A stretch of 64,000 bases of DNA, taken from Octopus sinensis (lineage: Eukaryota). The stretch is from positions 7,626,001-7,690,000 of the forward strand of contig NC_043006.1 of NCBI RefSeq assembly GCF_006345805.1, read 5' to 3'. Shown in pieces: positions 1 through 12,048 of this stretch (within the stretch, counting starts at the first letter, position 1; every line of letters starts with the position of its first letter). Both the position numbers and the translations under genes were made by a program. The notes beneath the pieces are model-generated. The model saw only the letters and a list, made by a program, of their open reading frames with translations, was not told the DNA's origin and did not search any database.

Positions 1-456
1 TCGTGCATGTTTTAAAAATATTACCTCCAAAGACATTAAGGCCTGTTACTCTTTTGAAGATAGAAGATATTTCGGCCTCGTCTTTTAAATCGATGGAATC
101 AATGTTTGTCACATACAAACACATACATATACGAACAATATTACATAGACAAACACACATACACACACTCACACATACACATTATTAATATAACATGCTT
201 AAGATATGTGTGTTGTTTAAACATAGGAAGGTACACTTAGTCGCCAGGGAAATATCAACTTCAAAACGTATAGTATTAAAAACCACAATATCTTTCAGTT
301 AGGTGAAAAGAAATTTCTCCAGAAGTGATCGTGGGAGCGGCAGATACATATATCGGTGTAGTGGCAGATTATCAATGTTGCACACATGTATCACTTCCGA
401 AACCAAATCGAATTTAATATATATGCAGAGAGTATATATATGCAGAGAATATATAA

Positions 457-686
457 GGCGGCGAGCTGGCAGAAACGTTAGCACGCCGGGCGAAATGCTT
501 AGCAGTATTTCGTCTGCCGTTACGTTCTGAGTTCAATTCCGCCGAGGTCGACTTTGCCTTTCATCATTTCAAGGTCGATAAATAAAGTACCAGTTACGCA
601 CTGGGTCGATATAATCGACTTAATCCGTTTGTCTGTCCTTGTTCTTCCTCTCTGTGTTTAACCCCTTTGTGGGTAGTAAAGAAATA
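457..686 (+). mobile_element. tRNA-derived SINE, family A
   Basis: Head GGCGGCGAGCTGGCAGAAACGTTAGCA, box-B-like GAGTTCAATTCC and tail ...GTGGGTAGTAAAGAAATA. The same unit recurs at least 7 times in the window. ATATATGCAGAGA flanks both sides (TSD-like). Confidence 0.85.
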
Positions 687-897
687 TATATGCAGAGAGT
701 GTATAAATTATCCACTGGTTTGCTATGTCAGGAAAAATTCGAACTGTCCAATAAAAGCAGTCCTATAATAAAAAAAAGCAATTGCCAATAATACTTGATA
801 GTACGTACTTAATTTATATGGGTTGTTTAAACACAGGAAGCTGCAGGTTTTCGTTCGGGCAGAATCCCTTTAGAAACTTATGTTACAAAAAATGCAA

Positions 898-1012
898 TAG
901 AGCTAGGCGAAACGAAATCGCCCCGGCAGTGATCACAAGAGCGACAGATACGTATTTCGCCTCTGTCACTCTTGCGGCCATTTCTGGGGCGATTTCGATA
1001 CGCCTATCTCTG
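898..1012. other. Isolated GC-rich hairpin, 51-bp ungapped stem and 13-nt loop (candidate structured RNA / pre-miRNA)
   Basis: 898-948 pairs with 962-1012 without gaps: 44 of 51 positions pair (including G-U), 7 mismatches. Confidence 0.6.
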
Positions 1013-1686
1013 AATTTTACTGTATTTTGTTTTGTTTTGCTTTGTAACACATACTTTAAGAAACTACTATTCATAATCCTTTTATTATAGAGCTGTTTCC
1101 ATTGTATCATATATGTATGTGTGTATATATATATATATAATTGTGAATTAAGATTTACTATCAAGGATGGAGTAATTCTTCTAATTCTATCTATCACTTT
1201 AGCTTAATTGTTATGAAGCAATGCAATATATCTCTATTTTTACTAACGAAATCAATCTCATTTTGTCCATGAATAGTTGTTGTAATTATGATATTCCGGT
1301 TTTAGCTTTATTTCTTTGCATTAATTTGTGGATATACAATTGTATCACATAGTGCTGAGCATAAATATTGATACAAACATATACCCGTAATTTGATCCAT
1401 ACGGAAATTAATATTGCATGAAGATGTTTGCGAAACGGCCGTAATCCAATCGAAGGCACGTGGTTAACTAAATAAATATTCACCCTTCATACCTCCAAAT
1501 TTTATAGCTATGTGTGTGTGTGCGCGCGCATATGTTATGTGTTTGCATACTAATATATTGAAATATGCATCAATGCTTATTCTTCCGAAGCCGATGATTA
1601 CGTTTCCATGTTACGTTTACCATTATTCTTTTTTTTTCACTTTGTTAGTTTATATATCCATATTTGTGAAAATATTTTCTTAGGCA

Positions 1687-1857
1687 TAGGAGTGGTTGTG
1701 TGGTAAGTAGCTTGCTTACCAACCACATGGTTCCGGGTTCAGTCCCACTGCGTGGCACCTTGGGCAAATGTCTTCTACTATAGGCTCGGGTCGACCAAAG
1801 CCTTGTGAGTGAATTTGGTAGACGGAAACTGAAATAAGCCCGCCGTATATATGTATG

Positions 1858-1889
<32 letters not shown>

Positions 1890-2078
1890 ATATATATATG
1901 ATAGATCGTTAGCCACTACACACATTTTTTTCTCTGCCTGTGTTTTCTGTGTCCCTTTCTGTAGAAGAGCATAGGCTCGAAACGTAAAAGATTTTTTTAA
2001 TTCCTGAGCGTTATATTAATAAATCTGTTTGTTTTGTACACCACCTGTCTTCGTCTTTTGTTTTTTTTTGTAAACTCT

Positions 2079-2127
<49 letters not shown>

Positions 2128-2345
2128 AGTATGTGTGTATGTTTGTGTGTCTGTGTTTGTCCCCCCAACCTCGCTTGGCAACCGATGCTGGTGTGTTTAC
2201 GTCCTCGTAACTTAGCGGTTCGGCAAAAGAGACAGATAGAATAAGTACTAGGATTACAAAGAATAAGTCCTGGGGTCGATTTGCTCGACTATAGGCAGTG
2301 CTCCAGCGTGGCTACAGTCAAATGACTGAAACAAGTAAAGAGTAG
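1687..2345 (+). mobile_element. tRNA-derived SINE, family B (internal microsatellite), carrying a nested HHR element
   Basis: Head TAGGAGTGGTTGTGTGGTAAG...GGTTCAGTCCC, central CCTTGGGCAA...GGAAACTGAAA and tail ...GACTGAAACAAGTAAAGAG. Matches copies at 29.8, 37.2, 46.0 and 55.9 kb. Confidence 0.85.
1899..2082 (+). mobile_element. (TA)n-embedded ~185 bp element, family C1 (probable solo PLE pLTR) with HHR-like motif at 1955-1990
   Basis: CTTT-CTGTAGA-A-GAGC ATAG GCTC-GAAAC-GTA-AAAG, flanked by (TA)n on both sides. Homologues at 18.9, 22.8, 39.6 and 59.2 kb. Confidence 0.7.
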
Positions 2346-4014
2346 TAGAATACCAGGTACATTCACTGGAAGGATGGTGCATAAAACCCTTTAAGGAAAG
2401 AATTGAAGCCCTTTTCACGCCAGGTATTACTTCGTCTTTGGCCAGACATAACGTTACAAGTTTCACAAAATACGTATGACCTTTAATAAGTTTCTTTCGA
2501 AATTATACCAAGGAAGTTATTAAACCAGCACGGTAAACACAGACACACACACATGGCAACAAGCATGTAGTTTGATTACCGTTTCAAGATACTAATCTCA
2601 CATGCTACAGCTTTTGTTTCAACATTTTTATTGATATAATCAGTAATTATATCAAAAATGTATTTGTTTATGAGTTTGTTAATATAGAAATCCAGGTATA
2701 AACAATCTGCCTGATCATTTACTTTAAAATCTTTTTTATGGCTCGCGAAATATCCCAACCTGCTGCACGTATTATGTGATCTTATCGTCTTCCACCTGAT
2801 ATCAGTTCTTGCAATTAACATTCTATAAAACGACGTCCGTTATTACAGAGCTTCTGGCGTAATTGATCGTTTGTTCACCGTATTTCAGATATCTACTACA
2901 GCATAGTAAAATTGAAACCTCGGGCAACGCATTATTTTAGCATAGAGTTGAACTATAATTCAATATAGTCGTTGCTTTGTTTAATTTAATTTTTGTAATC
3001 TGGGTTTTTTTCTGGCTTTGTTTTAACTGATATCTATGTCAATATTTTCAGGTTAATCAAGATTTATTGTGTTGTGATGTAAGGGAGGGCTTCAGAAATA
3101 ATGTGTCATTAAACGTCATTAATAATAAGGAAACACAGTTATAGTTAATTGAAGCATCCCTCTTCGTTGTAGAAAAAATTATAAAAGAAAATATAACAGC
3201 AATTCTTGGAGATTCAACAAGAAAAAGATAGACAATTTCAAGACATTAAGAACTAATTAAATAGAAAAAAAGTTTCCTTTACATGCTTAAGGGTAAAACT
3301 AATAGTTTTTGGCCGACAAGGGAGACTATACGAAAATGACTAAAGGGCAAATTCAATTTATTTGTATATTTCATACGTACATATATGTATATATTTGAAT
3401 ACATTTACATGCATACAGATACGCAGCCAAAATTACATGCATGCACATATATAAGATTATATATACGAGGATATAAACATAAACGTAGTCAATCATACAC
3501 TTAAACATGAGCATACAGAAAAAAGCATCAACGCATGTTTGCGCGTATTTATGTATATACGTAGTTGTGAATGTGTTCATAGAACTATATACGTGCATTT
3601 ACAAACACAAATATAATTATAAATACATTCATCCAAACACCAACAAAAATATAGTTATATAATAATATTGATCGACGCATAAAAGAGACACAGGGTACAC
3701 ATATAGACACATAGGGTGACTCAGAAAGAAATAGTACAGTATTGGTGCAATAATACTGATTGATTGATTGATAGATAGATAGATGGTTTGATGGATGCTT
3801 TCGTATACATGTCTGTATATGTTTATTGGTAAATGTGCATGTGCCTATACGTGTATATATATATATATATATATAAATAAGCAACAAGTATATCCTTGTT
3901 GCTTATTTTGATTATAATCACCCCATTTGATTTATATGGATAATACCATACCAAATTCTGGTGCCTTTAACTTAAGTACCATGTTCATCTGAATCTAAAT
4001 TTTCCTGAACTTAT

Positions 4015-4046
<32 letters not shown>

Positions 4047-4242
4047 ATTATATAAAATTAGAAATGATAAAGAAAAAACAATTATGTTTCCTTTGTCATC
4101 TCAAGTCTCTTATTACCGTTCTGTATTAGACTAAGGTTGCTTTCTGACGCATGCGTATACTTGGTTCTCACACCAGGTTCGTAATACCTAAGCGATGCCT
4201 GCCTAAGTGAATCAGATATGTATATATCTGTGTGTGTGTGTG

Positions 4243-4294
<52 letters not shown>

Positions 4295-4553
4295 AACATA
4301 CATGCATACATACTTATGCTCCGGTATACATCCTCATCCTTAGTCGCATAAAATAGACACAAACGTGTGCATCCGTTTTCATTTTGTTTCCACGTTTCCT
4401 TCATAGTGTATCGTGTCTTTAAAGCCGCAACTTTTTAATGCATAAGTTTTTTTTTTGCATTTTCACTGATGGTAGCATCGCAGCTTTCTGAAGCGAAGCT
4501 AAACGTATACAGGTTAAGTTTCAATGATTTTGAGTGATGATTAGATGAGGTGT

Positions 4554-5275
<722 letters not shown>

Positions 5276-6769
5276 GTTTGATGGATGCTTTCGTATACAT
5301 GGATGCTTTTGGTTTTCGTATTTTCTATAAAGTATATATTGAAATCTTCAAAATGACGTCTAAGAATTCTATATTTTAGTTAGATAATGTTACTGATGAT
5401 GCTTATGCCAAAGAATTTAAGCATGGTTTTTAGGTGGTTAGAAATTGGAGTTCTGATTAATATTCTTTATGTTACTTGTTTTAAAATGAAATTAAGTTAT
5501 CTAAGCAAATCCCTCTTTTCACTCTTGATGTATAGTTATGAATAGTCTGAAAAATGCAATTACTTCAGCTATATAAAATAGACACATGGAGTGTAAGAAT
5601 GGTTTTTTTTTCACCCTACGTGCTGTTTTTGACAAGATGAATGTGTGTGTCATGATGATGGCTTCGTCATCGGTGATTAGTGAAAGTTGTTTGGAGAACA
5701 AATGTACCTTTTACACTTATTCCGTGCTATTTGTGAGACAAAAGATATTGTTGTCCAAATTTGCAAAAGCAGTGTCCTATTTGCTTCATGGATATTTTGA
5801 TGACTGAATCAACATACTTTAAAATTTGTTCTCGTCTATATGGATGATTTCGTAAAAAATATGCCCTGACTGAATCGATTTTTTTTAGCCTGTAAAAGTG
5901 GTTCTCGTCCGTATGGGTGATTTTTAAAGAAAATGCACTAGGCTGTATGTGAATATTGTTGTATGTCTATGTATGTGTTTGTGTCTGTGATTGGATGTTT
6001 GTGCATGGATATTTGTGTACTTCTGTGTTTGAAAATAGGAAATGCGAGAAATCAGAGGTATAATTAGAAATATAATCAATATGATTAACTACTCTGGTTA
6101 GAAACGCTATGATACGATGTGGACACACTCATCCAGTTGTTGTGTCCTTGCAAGCAAGAAGGTTGAAATGTTTAGGACCGGAAAGTATTCTGTGAGCCGC
6201 CCACACATTCTTCTGATCGCTGGTAGTCCCAATTAATATCAAGTCAGAGTAAGAGTCACCCATAGCCTTTGCACCACTTAACAGAGGTTGTGTTCTTGGC
6301 GAAACACGCACAGCAAAGCCGACAGGATAAAATAGAACTCCAGTACGTCATTAATGATGTCAGCAGCTTCTGTCTCATTTTTATTCTTCTCTATCTTGCG
6401 TATGAAATCAATATTTCCATTTTAATTTTCCTGTATTTAATCCGATCAATAAAATAAGTACAGGATTGAATGCAAAACTGTTTTTCTGATTTTACCAAAA
6501 GATAGTAAAGTGATCGATGCTTCGTACGAAACTTGGTTGTTGTTATTATTGTTTTTTGCTTTTTGATGCTGTTTTTGCTGTTGTTGTTGTTGTTGTTTTT
6601 AGATTTGATTTATATAATACAGGAATGCTTAATCTCGGGTATAGTTTCACTATCTCGAAGGAGAAATCATGGAAATTGAGATAAACTTAGAAGTTTTAAG
6701 TGATTTCAGTCCCATGTGGTGAGCAAAAAAAGAACAAGTTCGATGTCAATAACTATATATGTGTGTACA

Positions 6770-6770
6770 G

Positions 6771-6853
<83 letters not shown>

Positions 6854-6955
6854 CTATATGTGTATGTATATATATATATGGATATATATATATGTATATA
6901 TACATATATATATGTATATATATATATATATTATATATATATATGTATAATGTGG

Positions 6956-6988
<33 letters not shown>

Positions 6989-7125
6989 TATATGTATGTA
7001 TATGTATATATATATATATATTATATATATATATATATATATTATTTATATGTATATATATATATATTTATTATATGTATATATATATATATTTATATGT
7101 ATATGTATATATGTGTGTGTATGCA
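6770..7125. repeat. (TA)n/(TG)n compound microsatellite
   Basis: Directly visible; source of the spurious IYIY ORFs. Confidence 0.95.
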
Positions 7126-7532
7126 TATATCGTACAAGTAATTCAGCTTAAATGTTTTTTAATCAGATGGAACTAAAACTGCCAAGAAATACAAGATCCA
7201 GGCAAGTGAGATCGATTCTAATAAAGATACAGTGGTTACCTAACAATTTTCCCTGAATATTAAAGACTTGGTTCCTTTAGAGCGAAGGATTTAAATAACT
7301 GACGAACTATCGAACTATCAACACAGTCTACACATTAAGTATGATATATAGATGTTTATATGTGTGTATACATATATACATATATATATGTATATGGGTG
7401 TGTGTGTGTCTGTGTGTCTGTGTGTGTGTTTGTGTGTGTGTCTGTGTGTATGCGTGTGTGTCTGTGTGTGTGTGTTCCAACAGTTATGGTTCACTATCCA
7501 ACATGACTCCCATCTCTTTCTCCCACGGATAC

Positions 7533-7763
7533 CTATTTCTTTATTGCCCTCAAGGGGCTAAACACAGAGGGGACCAACAAGGACAGACATAGGTATTAAG
7601 TCGATTACATCGACCCCAGTGCATAACTGGTACTTAATTTATCGACCCCGAAAGGATGAAAGGCAAAGTCGACCCCGGCGGAATTTGAACTCACAACGTA
7701 ACGCAGACGAAATACCGCTAAGCATTTCGCCCGGCGTGCTAACGTTTCTGCCAGCTCGCCGCC
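7533..7763 (-). mobile_element. SINE family A
   Basis: Reverse complement of the 457-686 unit. Confidence 0.85.
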
Positions 7764-8592
7764 TCTCACACGGATACCGCTATGACTCTCCTAGATCCAA
7801 TTTTTTCTGCTCTTTTTCCTGTTTAAGATATTTGTGTTATGGTTTCTTTCCTTCCTGCACTGAAAAGTACGGTGATATTTATTTATTTAATTCAATTCAA
7901 TCACGAATTTATTTTATTATATCTCTGTACAAAACTATCGTCGGCGCGATTTAAGCTGCTTCTAAATTTTAACAACTTGTCTTCTCCATTCCTTACAAAA
8001 TTTATGGAACTTAATTCCATAAATTCCTCATACATTATATACAAGTACTACTTTCATATCTTTGCAAATTTACGCCTGTAAACTCCCAGCAAACTCTGAA
8101 GAATCAGCATTAGAAATCTTTTTGGGAAACCTCCAATTAAAGGAAGAATCAACACTCAACCTTTATACACTATATTACTATATATAAATATATGTTGTGT
8201 AAATAGTCGCACATACGCGAGCTAGTACATACATACAATTACACATATCGACAAGTATGCATACATAATACATGCAGATGTGTAAATATGCATGATTATA
8301 TAAGTGCATCACGACAAAACCATTTGAAAACACCGATTGTACAAAATGTTGCGTCCGATATGCAATCACCTTTACATTGCATATCATATAAGATATATAT
8401 ATATATATAATATATATATATATAATATATATATATATATAATATATATATATATATATAATATATGCATATATATATATGCATATATATATATTTATCA
8501 ATATAGGGTAGCAAAAAATTCAGTAGAAATTATTTGCCACCAGCGGCCTAGTGGGAAAAAAGGAAATAGTCAGAGACTATTAATAAAGAGAC

Positions 8593-8635
<43 letters not shown>

Positions 8636-8647
8636 ATATATATATAG

Positions 8648-8850
8648 TTAATCCAAAGAGGAAAACACAAAAGAATACAACAACGCGAGGACGTGGAACA
8701 AATATAGTATTATTGGTCGCTCAGGAAAGAAGGGAAGAGAGATAATTTAACGTTTCGAACGGAGCCCTTCGTCGGAAACATAGGAGAACGAAAGATCCCG
8801 AGAAGGGAAGACAGAGGAAAAAAATCGCCAACGGTACACACGAGGTCATA
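8648..8850 (-). mobile_element. (TA)n-associated element, family C2, with HHR-like motif at 8746-8778
   Basis: Minus strand reads TTT-CCGACGA-A-GGGC TCC GTTC-GAAAC-GTT-AAA. Homologous along its length to 23515-23715. Confidence 0.7.
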
Positions 8851-8924
8851 TATAAGGACAAGATCGCTAATTTAAATTAAATAACGATCTTATCAACTGG
8901 CCAGCATGGAAATAAAAACCTGCA

Positions 8925-9120
8925 AAGGTAATTGTCTTTTTGTCATCTCTCCTCTTTCGCCACAACTTTCTCTCACTCTTTCCTTCTGCATCTTGCAGCT
9001 CGCCTGCGGCGGTCCAGCGTCCCGTCCAAGTGGGGAACCTTTCCGCCAAGGAAACCGGGAAACCGGCCCTTATGAGTCAGGCATGGCTCGAGAAGGAACA
9101 AACAACACAACACACCGACA
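8925..9120 (+). mobile_element. 5'-truncated SINE body with RTE-like 3' tail
   Basis: Shares CTTTC(G/A)CCACAACTTTCTCTCACTCTT with the SINE at 21993-22387 but ends in ...GGCATGGCTCGAGAAGGAACAAACAACAC. Confidence 0.55.
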
Positions 9121-9129
9121 CTGATTTCG

Positions 9130-9950
9130 TAAAGAGGAAAACAATTAGTCTTAAATCTCCGAGCGAGAAGTAAGTAGTATGCATTCCCAGATTACACGCG
9201 CAAATTCACAGGTAAAATATGTATTTAAAAAAAATTAATAAATAACTAAATTCATGAATGGATGTTATTTTCACAGCGACAATGCTCTTCTCAGTACATG
9301 ATTCGTTCCATTTAACACGATTTTTTGCAGTTCCTCTAGGGATGGTAAGCCTGGTATCATTTTCAAATAGGTTTCAGTACCTTTTTTATCATTACTGGAG
9401 ATCCTACCATCACTGGTATAATAGTGTCCTTGACATGCCCCATTTTTTCAATTTCTATTAGCAAGTCCTTATATTTACTAATCTTGTTAAATTCTTTCGC
9501 CGCTATATTGTGATCGCAAGGAATACTCATGTCAATTAATAAACACATGTTTTTTGCCTGGACTTTTATAATAATATACGGTTTATTAGCTTTTATAGTT
9601 TTGTCGGTATGTACGAGGCAGGCCCATAGAATCTACACATTTTCTCCCTCAGTCACAGGTTCAGGGTGGTGTTTATACCATTTGTCAGCGGTTTTGCTTT
9701 TATAATGCTGACATTAGTGTAAATTCTGGCCGACTCTGTCATGCCTTGCTTTATATTCTACAGGTGCAAAGACTCTAAACCCTGAGATTAGGTGGTCTAT
9801 AGTTTCAATCTCATCGTTGCAGAATCGTCATTTTGGGTCAGCTCCATTTTTATAACATTGGCTTGGTAGTTCCGTGTTAATAAGCTTTGGTCTTGAGCAG
9901 CTAATATGAGACCTTCACTCTCTGCTTTTAGCCCTGAGCTTCGTGGCCAT
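9130..9950 (-). mobile_element. Decayed R4/Dong-clade (RLE) non-LTR retrotransposon, 3' part
   Basis: Minus-strand translation GLKAESEGLILAAQDQSLLTRNY...FCNDEIETIDHLISG...YKARHDRVG and SIPCDHNIAAKEFNKISKYKDLLIEIEKMGHVKDTIIPVMVGS (CCHC plus restriction-like endonuclease), with stops and frameshifts. Confidence 0.8.
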
Positions 9951-9968
9951 CACATCATCATCATCATC

Positions 9969-9999
<31 letters not shown>

Positions 10000-10014
10000 T
10001 AATTATTATTATTT

Positions 10015-11673
10015 ATTCTATTTTTTTTGCACAGCTTCAATGCTGGAGATGTGCTACGGTGTCAGCTGTTCACTACCGGTGAACTAAGGTAACACAACTT
10101 ATTTTTCGAGCACCATCGCAGTATTCAAGCGGTTTCAAGCAGTGTTGTTTTCTGCAAGTGCTACATTCTTATTGCAGCCCCTCTTTGTTCCATGTACTTC
10201 TCAAGATTTTTACTCACTATTCCCAGGGCTCCAACATTTATTGGTACTACTACACCCTTTTTCAGCGACCACAACTGCTTAAACTCCCACGCTAACCTGT
10301 CATATCTATAGACTTTTCTTTCTTCCTTACTGCATACCTTGTTGTCAGCTGGGCATGCTATATCTATGATCCAGCATCGTTTGCTTTCTTTCTCAATTAA
10401 CACTATGCCTGGTTCCTATTCTCTAGCTCATGGTTGCACTGAATGTTAAAATCCTATAGGATCTTTGTATCATCAATTTCAATTATGTTTTCGGGTTTAT
10501 GTTTGTACCAATCTTTTGCTCTGTCAAGTCCATACATGTTGCTAAGAGTCCAGTAGACAATCATTGCCAAGTTGTCATGACGTCTCTTATATTCTTTCTG
10601 GGAGTACATTGGCTTCTAATATGCCATACGGTTTCACCATTTTGTTCAAAAATTCTGCACTCATCACTTTATACTGTGTCGTCTATTCTGTATTTGATAT
10701 AATTTGTTCTTAATGCTTTCTAATGGGCAGCACAGATCAGAGCCTCAGTTTCTAGTTTTAAATCACTTTTAGTTATCCACAGCCATCTTTCTTCTCTGTC
10801 TTAACTTCAACATCCCTATGGAATTGTTCGTGCATTCTTTCCTTTACATATTTTCAGTTTCATTCATTCTCAAGTGCTTGTACAGTGTTTTATCTTTGCA
10901 ATCCTCCATCCTACACGAAGCTGACCTTCTTACTTCCAATAGTAGCGGTTCTGTGGTATTTTTACATAGTATACTACGTTGTTTTCTTCTGCTCTAATGC
11001 AGTGTTCGCATCCAATCAGTCCTCTCCCCACTCTTTTTCTTGGTACATACACACTGTCTGTGTCACTTTGGGGTTGAGTATCCCATATCTAGTCAGAAAC
11101 TTCCTTGTCTTTCTGTCTCAGCTGTTTAGATTGTCTGCCGCTCATTCGATTACTCCTGTTCCATATCTAAGGAGTGAAACCGCCCAGGTGTTCATAGCTT
11201 TAATCTCATTCCGTCCGTTTAATTTCGACTTAAGGATCAGTCTCAATCTGCACAAGTACTCCACCTTAAATTTTTCTGTGATTTCTTTCTCCATCAATTT
11301 ATCCATTTCCATTATCACCAAGTACTTATAGCCCGTCTCTTTTATCTGCTTCATACCCTCCCCTGACGGTATCTCTAGTCCGTCCATACATTTGATATTG
11401 CCTCTCTTCAAGACTAACACACAACACTTTTTGAGTCCAAACTCCATTCTGACATTGCACTTAAAGTATACACCGTATCAATAAGGGAACTGATTTGGGA
11501 TTCATCTTTACAACAACGTTTGAGGTCATCCATAAATAACAAGTGGTTGACTTGTTGTTGAGAGCTCTTGAATACATACACCGCTTTTGCTTTCCTCAGA
11601 ATCGGAGTTAGTGGTATCACGCACAGTACAAAGATCAGTAGGGGCAGGCAGTCCCCTTGGAAGATACTTCTCC

Positions 11674-11674
<1 letters not shown>
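10015..11674 (-). mobile_element. 5'-truncated R4/Dong-clade non-LTR retrotransposon (RT C-terminal half, CCHC, RLE, 3' UTR)
   Basis: RRSIFQGDCLPLLIF, NHLLFMDDLK, EFGLKKC, AMNTWAVSLLRYG and CWIIDIACPADNKV...VVVPINVGALG. Flanked by trinucleotide repeats on both sides. Confidence 0.88.
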
Positions 11675-11711
<37 letters not shown>

Positions 11712-11726
11712 ATTAGTATTATTATT

Positions 11727-11767
<41 letters not shown>

Positions 11768-11805
11768 AATCATCCTCACCATCATCCTCGTCATCATCCT
11801 CCTCC

Positions 11806-11839
<34 letters not shown>

Positions 11840-11845
11840 TATTAA
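11675..11845. repeat. (ATT)n(ATC)n trinucleotide microsatellite
   Basis: Directly visible. Confidence 0.95.
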
Positions 11846-12005
11846 TATTTCACTGAGATGATGTAAAACATATTAATCGATGATTATTTCTCGCCATTGT
11901 ATTAACTAAAGTACTCCCTAATATATTTTGAATACAATATTCTATTTAACATCAAATTTAACCAGTTCATTGTGCGTTTACTTGAGTTATCATAATTCTT
12001 TCTAA

Positions 12006-12048
<43 letters not shown>

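Noticed and set aside
883-1197. 104-aa minus-strand ORF
   Set aside because: It spans a TA repeat and the hairpin, with no recognisable domain. The stem-loop explains its composition better.
6110-6370. GC-richer segment with a 60-aa ORF
   Set aside because: No clear splice signals or domain; one plus frame faintly resembles an RTE 3' end. Unresolved.
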